A DNA stretch of 58,620 nt from Catajapyx aquilonaris (taxonomy: Eukaryota). Location of the stretch: contig JYFJ02002350.1 in the NCBI GenBank assembly GCA_000934665.2, forward strand, positions 1 through 58,620, given 5' to 3'. Each line of letters starts with the position of its first letter. Position 1 is the stretch's first letter. Below are positions 1 through 13,182 of the stretch, one piece after another. Position numbers and translations under genes: made by a program. The notes beneath the pieces were generated by a model that saw nothing but the letters and a program-made list of their open reading frames with translations, had not been told where the DNA came from and searched no databases.

Positions 1-389
1 CCCTTCCAGAAATGTTCGGAAGGGTCGAATTAGTTTATGTGCAAAGCGGCACCTTTTATTCACAAAATGCATAGTTCGGACCCTTAACCCCCGGACTATA
101 AGGTTTGACTGCCGTAGGTAGAAATGACTTAAGTGCTTGTTTTTTTTAAAACTCTTTATTGTATAAAATGAGGAGACTAGAATTGCAGTACCACCAACAT
201 TGCAGTGTTGATGTGTGGGCCTGTACCCCATACAATAAATGCTAGGAGTAAGCACTGGACACACATGTACAGCACTTGTGAAGTTGGGTCTCCTCTTTCA
301 TTCTTGTCTTGAGAACAATTTGCTTTTTGGAGGTAGAACATGATGAGTATGTACATGTGAACTGAGATGTGTGAATTTTTTGAGTGATG

Positions 390-3300
390 TTAAGCAGTGA
401 AAGGTTCCGTCTCATCCAGGATGTCCTTGTCTTTCGAAAGTCGAACCTTGTTGGTGCCAGATTCAGTCAGAGGCCTACTCCAAGACCAAAACTTTTTCAG
501 CTCGAATTGTTCTGCGTCATGAATTGTCTCGGGAAGAGCTGCCCCCATTGTTTCAGGGAGGAATGCTGCTCCAATTGTACCCACTAGGCACATGATTCCT
601 TGGACGGCAGGTGGAAATACTGCGTGGACAGTACCCTGTAACCAATACATTACACATGAGTTCTGTGATACAACCTGAGAAGCACCATAACCAGGTGCTT
701 TGTACTCCTCCAAAATTGACCTAGACCATGATTAGTACAAAAAATTGCATGCTGAAAGTGGGCTCACCAGAAATATGATGTATGGGCAGAATATGCCAAG
801 AACTGCACTGACTGTTGAGCTGAAGGAAATTCCTGTGGCTCTAAGGCAAGTGGGGTACAGCTCAGAACCCTGCATGTAGAGAGTGAGGAACGATGCTGTG
901 ATGGAGAACTTGGTGATCAGGTAGAGACCAATTCGAACCCACTCATGGATGGGGACTGCAAAGTGAGAAAGCTTGTTAAATGGGAACATGCTACGCAAAA
1001 AGTGTGACACTAATTGAGCATGGCAGTGTGTTATACTCACACGTGGCAACACCAGTGAGGACTGCAAAGGAGCCGGTGGCCAGAATCATGAACCCAACAT
1101 GGGTCCAGCGTCGGCCAAGACGGTCACAGAGCAGGAGGGCAGCTGCTGCGGACGGTACCTCAGCAAGACCCAGAAGGAAGAGGTTGAGATGAGCTGAACC
1201 ACCCATCCATGTCAGGTTGAGATGGATGCAGTTGTAGAGAGAGACGTTCATGGTCCAGCACACAGTCAAAATAATAGTGTGAAGCCCCAGCCTCCGGTTG
1301 CTGAACAAAGAAAGTGCTCCTCTTCGCTGGGCACCTCCTGCACTTGCCTGAAGGTAAAAACACACTTTAGTAACTTATCAACTGTGGCAAGATGTGATGC
1401 CTGTGTAAGTTTATAATACCTTGTCAGCATTTGCCAAAAGCTGTAGTCTGGCTCTCAGATTTTCCGTCGAAGGAATAGGCCTCTTGTTGATTCTGGCCAC
1501 TTGCTGGAGCACCTTCATGGCATCATCCACCCGACCAGCCGACAACAGCCAACTCGCTGACTCAGGAAGTACCCTGAGGATCGCATAGAATGCAAGTTAG
1601 CCAAGTCAAGTCAGCATGAGCATCAGTTGCAGGAGGCAACACTTACCACCAGTAGGCAATCATGAGGAGGCAGGGCAGGGTGCTCACGAGTCCAAGAATG
1701 CGCCAGTGTGTAAGATACCAGGCCATGAAGGCCAGCAAGCACATTCCCACAACCCAGACCATCCATGCTCCTGAGAAGGCTCTGGTCCTCAGCCTCTTAT
1801 CTGCCAGTTCCACAGCTGGAAAATCATATAATTAATTGACTACCTATCGCAAGTATTTTTTTATTATGAAAATGACCTCGAGTGCCTGGATAATATTAAA
1901 AGTTGATTTACCAGTGAAATAATTATAGTCATTACATGTCAAAAAAACCCATATGTATCTTTTTACGTTTTATCTTTGAGATGGGGAATTTTACTAAGAT
2001 CTCCATAAGAACGTAAGCTTAGTCATTAGCATACATGCTTGTCATTATGTGCGCGTCACCGTAATGAAGTGTTAGGGTACTTGAACTTACTGAGCATTCC
2101 GACTAGGTTGTAGTTGATAGGAAAGGCCATTGCTGACACGATGTTGAAAAAGAGAAACAGCTCATACATATGCGTCACAAAGAAGCTCATAAGCTTGAAG
2201 ACCACCATCAATGTGGACACCAACAGGAAAATAGGACGTCTGCCGTACCTGAATAATAGAAGGAACGGTTACGATCACATTATATGCAAAGTCATCGGCA
2301 AACAATAGTCCACTCCTCAATTCACGATCTTCATATTATTCTTTTTTTTGCATCCTTTTCAAATGGCTGTGATTACTTACACATCGGCAAGTTGTCCAAA
2401 AATGATGGTTCCAATGGCGCTTCCGACTGCTGCGGCAGTGAAGATGTTGGTGGAGAAGGTCTCCTTTTCACAAACCCATTCATTCTCAGAGGCGATTGTA
2501 ACACCAAGTTCACTGCGATCAAAGTCCCACCCGTTTCTGCACGATCTCTGCAAAGAAAGAAAGAAAATCACTATTTTTTCCATGTGCGTTTCATTTGCAT
2601 ATTTCCAAACCTATATACTCGTAATAGTCTCAGGTCTACAGCGCCCAAGCCTGGGAACCAATGACCAATCACAAAGGGCTTCCAATTAATCTCAGCAAGC
2701 ACATAATTGTATGGGACATTATTCCCGAATATTCGAAAATGCGTACCCTGACAAAAAATTGCTTCAATCAGAAAAAAAGCTCATATGTAGCTATGTCACA
2801 TATTATGTGAATACATCTCCCCAATGAACCCCCCTGAGTTTTCCCAAGTGATGAATAGTCTGTTGATTATTTTGTTTGTGAAGTGGCGTTAATGGCTGAC
2901 CAGACTTGTTTTTTTTTATTACAATTTATTGTGTAACCCTGACCGATAATTACAGACGATTTACGATGTAATTACCATGGGCTATTCGAATCCGTATTAC
3001 GCTTTATACGACATGGGCGTGGAGCGAATGCAGGCTATACTCATTATATCGAAGCATTGAGGCAAAGTAGGCCTATAATATAGTTATATTCAAAATTCTT
3101 GGAAGGCTGCTAAAAATAATTAACTAGCTCTTTTCCAATGCTATACTAGGGTCACCTTCACTAATACTGTTCAAAGCAATAGTTCTCGTCGAATTCAAAA
3201 TTTCCCTGTGAGTAGAAGGATGTCCCCAAGAAAGTGTGAGTACCACTATATACTGTAGGTAGACTATACACGTGGACAATACGTGTGAAAATTTTATTCG

Positions 3301-6300
3301 CAGGGTATTCAAACTGGTATTTGATGAATTGCCCAGCTTTTGCCCCAGGGGGTGGTGACAGCATTATGCGTCTTTAACAACTTAATGATATACTACATTT
3401 ACATCCAGACGGCATTTTGTGTCCTTAACACAAAAGGCCGGCGAGTGGGCTACATTTACTGTGACATTGGACATTTACACGTGCACTACTGGGCGTATAC
3501 AATCGCTTCTTAATTAAATCAAATTGCGCAATCAAGGCCGAGTGGACTTTATGTCTGTCATATTCTTAGAAACGAGCCCAAACTATAGGCACTTTGATCA
3601 TAAACTAGAACAATAAAAATTGAACAGGTTTGCCTGATGAAATCATGAAAGTCATTCTGTTTAGGTCCAAACACATGTTACGCACAGTTGATTTTATCTG
3701 ACAGCAAAATGGCTATTATCATCACCTAATGTCCAAATAATTGGCAGTGAAATCGGCAATGGTTTCGCCTAGCACCTGAGAATGGTTCACTTCACCTGGA
3801 CAATGCCGTAACGTTTCACGCAAGAGATGTGTGTAAAATTCCACTCCACAAATAAGAGGGCTGTCATCCAATTCCAAGAAAGGTCATGCATCACCTACCT
3901 GAAACTCTGATTTGAATTCTTGTTTTACGAAAGAGAAAATTCCCGACGGTTTCTTTTGGTCAGCATCATCGTGCAAGCAGATTTTACTGGTTCTTTCGAG
4001 TGCATGCCGACATTATTTTGTGGAAACTTGCGTGAACTAATGACATCCTGTTATCTTTGGTTAAAAGGCAGATCTGAACCATACTTCAGATCACCCATGG
4101 CGATAAGAATATGAGTGATCCGAAGAGGGTCTAATTCATATAAGGCTGTGTCTTTTGACGGAATATAGGCTTCAATTAAATAGCAAAAAAAAAATAGAAA
4201 TTATACCGATTCATTACAGTTTAATGTGCATCTTATGAAAGTACACTCCTGTCAAAATGATTAGTATCAAGTCAGTAACATCGTAAATCAAGAACTGAAA
4301 CTGTAGGGTGTCTGAAGTTACATTCTTATGCACCTTTATGATCTCTAATGCAATCTAACAGCAACTGTGTGCATTTTCCTGAATAAAAACACTTGTTTAA
4401 ACACTCACGTATTTATTAATTAATTCGTGTGATTAGATATGAAACAACATCATGATATTCGTATGTTAATAGATTTTCTGCTCTTCACAATAATTACGTA
4501 ACTAATTACCGTAATTAATATTTAATAGTCTACTGTTAGTGAAGAAAGCTTTTTCGAGAATTCTATAAGTATTACTTATTAAAACACATGGTACTTCAAA
4601 ACCCTGCAAATGTATATGCTCTCAAGATTGTCATTTTTTTTTTCAATGGCATTCTCGATTTATATGTCTTGCATGGGACATTCGTGTTTAACTGCCTGGC
4701 TATTCAAATTGCATCCAATTGAAAAAACCAGCGAAAGAAATATATTTCCTGGTCTATTCGCAGCCTGTAATTGCATCACCACAACTCTATTTTCTTAAAA
4801 ATCGCGCACGAAGAGATCATACAGGAAAATGTATATCGTGACCTTCTCTCGAAATGTTCGAGCAGAGGGTTTTCCCTATTTTTAGTCAACCGTTTCATGA
4901 ATCAGCTTGGATAACAGCTAAATTGTGTGACGTACGTAAAGGGAGATTCACGACTTGTTGGTCGCAAGAAACTCATAGCACAAAAGAGAGAGAGAAAAAA
5001 GTTCGGATATGCATAAAAAGTGAAAAAACTGGTTCGGAACCACATGGTCTTTTCGTAGAGGAGCAGAACCAGTCAGCACTCCCCAGGCTGGCAGGTAACA
5101 TCTTCCAAACACATCGAAGGCCATCCACATTTTCTTAACAGCTGCTACTTCTTGGATTTGTCCAGATTTTTTAATGTCTGGAATTGATGATTTTCCTCGG
5201 GCTACCATATTGGGTTATTACCAGTTGGTGTAATAAAATACTGGACTAGGTGAAAATTTTCTCTGCACTGGAATCGCACTTGGAAAACAATGCGCAGTAT
5301 ATTGCAGCTATAGAGTTAGGTAAGGTGTTTTACAGCATGCGATATTTATAAATCGAAAGCTGATGTGCGATGAGGGTGTGGAATCACGAAGGAAAATCCT
5401 AACTATGTCATGAAATGATACAAAAAGTTGGCCCATTCTTACTTGCGAGAAGAAAAAAAAATGAAAGAGACTCATCACACTGGCGACTGGGTCATACATT
5501 GCTACGTAATGGACGTGTGTGACGTAAACAAGCGTGTCTTGTGCGTACTAATGAAATTCGACAGGTGTAGCTTGTACGTACACCTCGTAATAGCAGCTTT
5601 GGGTTGTAATCACGTCTTGAATGAACTAACTCATGATTACCTTGAACCGTACCGGAACTTATCACGTACGCACAGTGCGAAACGGAAGTGCGTCTGCTGA
5701 GCTGTAGATATTAACCTAATAACATATTCCCGTGTGACGTTTAAAAAAATAATAACACAGCTCCCAACCTCTTCAGAAATTCCCCCAAAAATATTCATAC
5801 GCAATATGTGCTGCCATATGTACTGACATCGCAAGCATTTAATTGTTAATTGCATTACTGAAATTATTGTTGAAATTCATTGCTAAGAAAGTGACGTCAG
5901 TTGAAGCAATGCTAATATTTATGCTTTCATGGAAGCTATCCCCAGGTCTGTAATTTGTACCGACTAGTGATTATTTGTTTCTGTCATGCACGTCATGTTG
6001 ATATTAGAGTGATAGAGAGTAATAGTGGCGGAAGAGCTTACCAATGAGAATGATTCGTTGTGTAGCAAGGTCTCTCCGTCGTACTCCCATCTGGTTCCGT
6101 TCAGGTCGTACATCTGACATTGGCTGAATCGAGGCTGGGAGTCGGGTCCCATCTCCCTGTAACAATAATTTGAAAATTGAACATGTATTATTAATCCGTC
6201 TTCTCTGCTTGAAAATAAAACTATATGCCGCGTAGTTGTAAAATAGTTCGATTTCAATGAATTTTGACTGACAATTTCTCAATTTGAAACTGCTCGAATA

Positions 6301-6590
6301 TTGCTGAACTACGACAGTATACGACCACTATAGACATGTAAACTATGCACAAAGCTTCATCTTCATGGGATGATATGCTAATTTTTATTATTATCAGTGG
6401 CTATTTTTTAATCTTCCTGGGATTTGTATTCCGGCGCCATGGGCTGCATCCTACACTAACTGTAAGGTTAGTTCTTAGCTCGTCTTGCTGGCGGAGGTCC
6501 GAGCAGGTCAGTGTAGAGATCAAAGGACTGAAGGTCAATCACACGGGGTTAGTTACCCTTACACGCAACCACTCAGATTGATATTAGTTG

Positions 6591-6652
<62 letters not shown>

Positions 6653-7582
6653 ATTGTTGGAAATCATCTGGATCACTAGCTACCATTTTTATATAAAAAT
6701 ATTGCGACAATGCTGCAGACTGAGGACGCAATATTGCATTTTGACAATGTGATAAATTAGCAGCGATATGTTTACGTCCTTGTTTATTCATGTCGCCGTT
6801 TTATTTATATGTACACTTAAATTCACGGTGTTAAAAAAGCGAAAACGGAAGCTGTAAACATGGACCATGAAGGCCAGTTCAATTCTGGTGTAATACACCA
6901 AAAGATTAGCGGCTTCGGACAGATTGTCGAGATGTTATATACGTCAAGGGCAGACACTTTTTGTTCTGTTGTTTTCGCACACAGATTTGCACTTTCACTC
7001 AAATCGCTCCAACCGCAATGTCAAAAGGAGTCTTATTTCCTGGTCCTCCTCCCCCACCTCTCACCTCACCGAAAAAAAAGAGTGACAAAAGTAACCCCAT
7101 GTTTGACCCCGTAGTAAGGCCACATGCAATTATTATGCAGGTGAAGGGCAGCCAATGCGATGAGAGAATAACGCGGAACGACAGCATATGTCACACCATC
7201 GTGCAAGGTCCACATTGTGTTGACAACCGACAGTCTGCCCAATACAATGTACTGTACAGGTCGGTATATATCGACACACCTCTTTACATGTTAGCCAATG
7301 TCCAGTGACTTTCTATTACGTTGTAAAAGAGAAAACTGTGACTTACATGGGCAGCAAAAGATTCTTCCATTCCGGTAGTGTCCTGGTGCTGAGATGTTCC
7401 TCTGAGAGATACAGATGGTGGTCCAGCTGGCAGGTGTGAGGCGGGACAGCCAGAAGGAATAGCAGGTTGAGGGTGGACAGGGCCAGGAGGACCGAGGACG
7501 GGAAGAGGACCAGGTAGATAAGCAGCTTCTGGAATCGTCCATCAGATCCCACCTGGTTGAGAACCTCCTCGAATTCACCCAT
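390..7582 (-). CDS. SLC22-family (organic cation/carnitine transporter-like) MFS transporter, 9 coding exons
   Basis: Phase-consistent GT-AG exons: 7582-7347, 6156-6042, 2547-2381, 2248-2091, 1815-1647, 1573-1420, 1347-1041, 955-768, 635-390. SLC22 motifs: N-terminal FEEVLNQVGSDGRFQ, Cys-containing luminal loop (CQMY...CRNGWDFD...EWVC), GQLADVYGRRP, LPESASWL, DRLGRR, ELYPTCLRATG, FLPET. Confidence 0.92.
6592..6651. repeat. (CTA)n microsatellite
   Basis: Perfect trinucleotide run of about 20 units; it explains the poly-Leu ORF. Confidence 0.95.
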
Positions 7583-10500
7583 CCTTCGGCCTGACAGTCG
7601 GACCAGTCAGTCCTTTCAGCCCCGCCAGCCCTTCCTCTTGTATACCTGAAGGACTCCTGACGTCACAGGCCGCTTTGCTAGACTGCAAGGGTCACTTGGA
7701 AAAACCGACGGGGTCTCCCCCGGTGGTAGCCTGTCCCATACCTAACAACATACTTTCTGGTTCCGAAAAATTTCCCCCATCATCTCGGCCACTCCTCTTC
7801 GCAAAGATGGTCGCGTATCGATGGTTCCAAGAACAGGAAGGGAATTACAGGCCAGAGTTTCCAAGATTAGTACGTTTTTATATAATTGGCCAGAGCAGGT
7901 GAGATAGGCAGGGTGCAGCAGGTGGTTGCTGATATAGCCAGGTATGTATTTCCCTAAGGTCAAAATGTGTAGAGGTCAGATTTTGGGATGGTGATGTAAC
8001 AGTCTTAACCTTGCTAATCACCCAAGGTTATTAACCCAAGGCCTGCTACCTGAGGGTCGAGTCATTCATTGAATACAAAAACCATGCGCTTTACATGGAT
8101 TACTCTGACTTACTGCAGTGTACACATCATTATTGGTGTGTAACAAAGACTTACCTTGGTGCCAGTAACAGTTGTTCTTTAACCCATAAAATGCTCGATA
8201 CTTTCCCCCGGCCATACCTTACTCATCATATCACATGCCTTGTGATACGCTGGGTTTCCATAGTTTCCTTGCAAAGCACTTAATCGGTGACTTCACCGAA
8301 TATTGCGAGATGAGGATAATATTGCGAAACTGATGAGTAAATTGGACCATTAAAAGGGTGGTCTCTGCAACCTTGCAACGGTCTTAATATTAGAAATCCC
8401 CAAGAGTTGCTATGGCTTACGTATCCTATAAATACTTCAATAATAATTTTTTTTACACACTTTGGATTTTATTTGTATTCGTTTTTGCTTGGTACCGTGG
8501 CATTGATCATTCCACCTGACTGCACTGAAAGTTTATGTTGTAAGATACAGAGCGCAAATAAGGCAATTTTTCTTCTTCTTGCCTACTATAAACTTCTCAC
8601 ATCATATGAAAACATGACTATGATAATTCCCTTTATAGAGGCATATTTGTCCCGCTAAATGCGGCTAAATGGCCAATCGCGTCTGGAAAAAAGCAAACAT
8701 CGGAACTTGACGGAACTCGAGTGGCGGTCACTTATCTGACTTTAAACTCATGGTTAAACAAAGTAGAAATACGATATTTATAAGAAAAATTAAACGCATA
8801 CACGTGGCCTGTAAACAATATCACATTTCGAGTGCCAACAGCAGGGAATCGGGAATCTAAATACGACTCGTACTCGTACTAAAGTGACTTACACTCATTT
8901 ATGCATGTGGATAACCATTTTCGCCAAGACATTTCCATAACTTTGATTGCAATTTGTCTCTCACAGCTCTAGGGTGGCCACTTCCAAATCTCCAAAAAGG
9001 ACATAGCTGCTACACTGCTACAGTATGACTGAATAGGACCCCTATAAGTACAACCTGGTACAACTCGCTTTGCGAGTACAATATATAGGCCTACAGTATA
9101 ATTAATATGCCTTTTTACTTCATGGTAAGTGAAATACACAAATTACCAAATTATTGTACTTAACACACTAACTTAACAACGCTAAAGTCTTACGCCTCAG
9201 AATTTAACCTAAATCAAACATGTTTTATGATGGGTTGTAAAATGTCTTAGAAAATACACAACATATAGCCTACTGTACCATTCTTAAGAGAATTTATTTG
9301 TCACATGACACTACATTGAGATGTACAGTACAGTATGCCATTTTGTGGTGTTCTAAAATGAATGCGATTTTTGCGTTTCTTAAGACACCTTCCTTAATGG
9401 GAGGGGGCGGTCAATAAATTGCTTTAAAAACATCACAAGCCACCAACCCAAGTAGTACCCAACCCATGCCGCCATAGATATGCCGCTCCCTTTGTGGGGT
9501 TATTTCGAGTTATTTTGTTATTCCATTGGGAAAGGCCCCTGAGCACCTCACATTTTCATCTGAAACAGATCCGATCCACTCAGTCAGATGCACTTGTAGG
9601 ATATCTGGAAGTATTTTGAGAATATTTTGTGTTAGACGCCTAGTATGGAGAGGGCCGAGAAACACCCCCCCAAAAATAGGCGTTTGATGAACAACAGAGG
9701 GGTCTCTCCATCTGTCGGCTTTTCTTAAATAAATCGGGTTTAGAGATATCTTCTTCTTCCTGAGAAGTAGAGTGCACCACTCAAATGCACGAATCCTGTG
9801 GAGTCGTGTAGCTTTGTAAGCGTGTAGTTGGCTGTGTCTATTGCTAGTCGTAAGGACGGGCTAGATATACCTTCTCGGAGTGTTTTTATTTTTCTACCTG
9901 TGTAGAGTTTTCCAGCGCCCAAGGCATAGACTCTCCTGACCTCATACCTATAGCCCACCTACTTCATCCTCTCTCTTGCACACATACCTACCCCTTCCCT
10001 CTCTCTACCTTTGATTCAACACGACCATAACTGAACCCTGCATTTTCGCCCAAAAAATTTGACATGGGATGATTGGGATACAGTGTTTCATATTTTTGTA
10101 ACAAGTGATAAATATTCTCAGTTAGCATTAATGTTATGGATTGAGCCGAATGTGCCAACCACTGGAGCTTTCTTTGGCACTCATACTACTTGTAAATAAA
10201 TAACTTCATTAGGATAATTCAGCACTCTTTGCAGAGTATGATCCATTACTTTCTTTGACTGTGAGATGTTGAGGTCGAAACTTTCAGCGTTAATATACTG
10301 CGTATCCTTTTGTTCTTTAATCCTTGATTTTAATTATATGTTTTAATTTGAACTAGTCGGTTAATTTGTTTTAATTTTCTTTGGGGGCGGTTGTAGGAAA
10401 TATAATTAGTACAAACAAGAGCTAATGGTACTAATAATATCCAATTATGTGTAGGTATTCACAATTCAGCACCCCCCAACATTATTTTATGATTCCAATA

Positions 10501-11809
10501 GCTACACTTGTATTCTGGTAAAGCCTGCAAGTGGGCTGGTCTGGAACAGCAGATGGTCAGTATGAAATCAAGCATGTGAACTAATCTTTGTATAGTCATA
10601 TGAATCTGAAACAGGACCCCAGAGTGTTTCCAGATGGCATAATGCATGGGGGTGGAGTTCAATCAAGGTCATATGGTAGGGTGACCGTGGCCATTTCCAA
10701 TGTCCAATAAAAGAAAATAATAGATTCTGACACATGAAGAGCATTGATTCTCACACACGTCAAAAACAAAACTTAAAAAGATAAGAAACTGCGTATGTTC
10801 ACAAATTATTCCGTCTGCAGTACACCAACACCTTCATCACAGGATGTTACTCTCGAACTGATACTTCAAGGGGCACTCTCTCAAAAGCAACGTGTATCCA
10901 TGGTACATGGTACCCAGCGTTTCGATTTATTTTTTAAAATGCAAATTGATAAAAGGAGTGTTTTGAAAAATGCTTTCCTTCGAGAGAATGGTGGAAAGAA
11001 ATACAAAAACAATAATAAATTAATTGGCGGATTGAAATTGGGTGGAAATCTTGGATTTTTCTTTTTTTTAACTTCAAGCAATCATAGTGTAAAAGAATGA
11101 GGCTTGATGAAACATCTCTTATCAAGGTTTAACCTGATGAGGACTAGACTACAGGTGTTTTGGTTATTGCAGTACCCCAGGCCCTGAGTTTTTCTTTTCT
11201 TTTTTCGAATATGCCAATCGCATCCCCATCCCGATTTTTTCCCGAATTGTTTTTTATTACCAAAACGTTCAACCAGATACAATGCTTATTGACAAAGAGC
11301 ATGTTGACAGAAACTCTCAGGCAGCATCTGCTACCTTCACCTCTCCCTAGTCTCCCTGTGCTTAGCACAGTGCGTGGTACTTGATCTGGCTTATATGGAT
11401 GGTTCAGAATATTGCTCTGAATTTCTAGAATAACATTTTGTTGCAAAAAGTAATGAGGAATGAAGTTTTCTTTCATTTTGGTAGTGATGGTAGATTATTT
11501 AAAATTTTGTAACTGCACCCTTTTCACTACAACATATTACAGCAGATATTATTAGTATACTATAAATGAAGCAACTAATATTGCACTGAAGACACGCCAA
11601 AATTCAATGAACCATAATTCAAATGTACTTCAGATTAGTCAACAATAATACAGAACTCTCAAAAAGAATGTAATTAATTTAGCCTACAATAAAAATGTAA
11701 TTTATATTCCATGTTCATATAGCATTCACTTGGTAATTGAAGTTTGCGAAAAATTGCAATAGTTTGTGTATGACTTATAACAGCATTTATTGCAGTTATA
11801 ATTTTACTG

Positions 11810-12204
11810 ACACACACACACACCCACTCTTGTCTTGACTAAGGCGTGGGGACGGACATTGATCACTTTTCACTGCGAGTGTAAACTGATCTAACCTAAC
11901 CTAACCCAACCTAACCTAACCTAACCTAACCTAACCTACCCTAACCTACCCTACCTAACTTACCCTACCCTAAGTAACCTAGGCTGAGAAAAATGGACTT
12001 TTGTGAAACCCTACAAATGAAAATAGTGGGGACATGTCCCCACTAATTTACACATGTCCCCACTGTAATGGTACACTTCGCGTGTGTGAGACTGTGGGGA
12101 CCGACAAATGTCCCCACAATTGGAACTGGTCCCCACAGCTACAGTAAAACCACAGACTTCCGTCCCCAGACCTTAGTCAAGACCTGATCACACACACACA
12201 CACA
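11810..12204. mobile_element. Non-autonomous TIR DNA element embedded in (CA)n, with an internal (CCTAA)n tract
   Basis: Inverted ends gtcttgactaaggcgtggggacgga (from 11832) and tccgtccccagaccttagtcaagac (to 12183); (CA)n on both flanks; repeated gtggggac/gtccccac motifs; (CCTAA)n at about 11890-11980. Confidence 0.75.
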
Positions 12205-13182
12205 TGTTTTAGTATAAAATTTGTTCACGTAGTCCCAAGTACCTGCCCTGCAAGTCCTCGTTCATGTCAAAAGAATAAGGGGGAAAAAATAAAAGAAGGC
12301 AATTAATCAGCAACAACCATTAATCTTACTACTGTTTTAGTATTATTCTTCAACAGTGCCTTAACTATTACACTTTTTTTTCTCAGGCAAATTCAGGACA
12401 ATGATTCTAACAACTTTCTGCATTTGCCTACCACAAAACAAGTAAGTTATGGAATTTAAAAGAGACCATGCACATGGCATGCAAAGACAACTTGCCAATT
12501 TAAACAATACCAGTACTCTTTAAAGCTATACCTATGACCTGTGTGTGATGTTAGCGGAATTGGACAAATGCCACGTGACATAGATTTAAGTGCTTATGAA
12601 CAATGTGAGAGTATTTAACTACAAGTCCATGAGTGTCCATATACTTGTTCAGGAAAATCACAGATGCCTGATTAATAATGGTCAAAAACTGGATGAGCTG
12701 GCCTCTCAATTATTAGTACGTGTACGTATAATGACAGGTCCAAAATACTGTATATTACTCAGAAGTGTAGGGTCTATTGAATATTTAATTTTGACCATTG
12801 ACTATTTGTGCACTCTAATTTAACAAAGATCTTGCATTCTGTCTAACATTCAGTGCATTGCAGTAATAAAAGAAACTGTGCTTATAAAATGGCCCACATG
12901 TTTGTCTCATCTGCAGCAAAAAAATTAATACTAATCTTGCTCAGTCTGGCCTAACGCCCTATAAAAAACATATGTACAGTACACATATGCTAGCTCTTGA
13001 TCGATATAACTCTGCAATAATTTATCATCTCATATATGCAACCTTAACTACAGTCGAAATTAGTGCGAAATACAAGTAACTGATAGCTTTTTGAGGTATA
13101 AAGGCCACGAAAGGAGATTCGGAGATAGGCTGAACATGCATTATTTTTAAGGCACAAGTGGCGTTCCAGTACTGAGATGGAG

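Noticed and set aside
636..713. N-terminal part of ORF 390..713 as coding
   Set aside because: It is intronic; the SLC22 last exon starts at the acceptor at 635.
4948..5208. 86-aa ORF in SLC22 intron 2 as an extra exon
   Set aside because: Exons 2 and 3 join in frame without it and it has no recognisable motif.
10450..11385. Possible plus-strand multi-exon gene
   Set aside because: Splice-like sites exist, but every chaining I tried gave a short or unrecognisable peptide.
11890..11980. True telomere or chromosome-fusion site
   Set aside because: Short, degenerate, single orientation and enclosed within TIRs.
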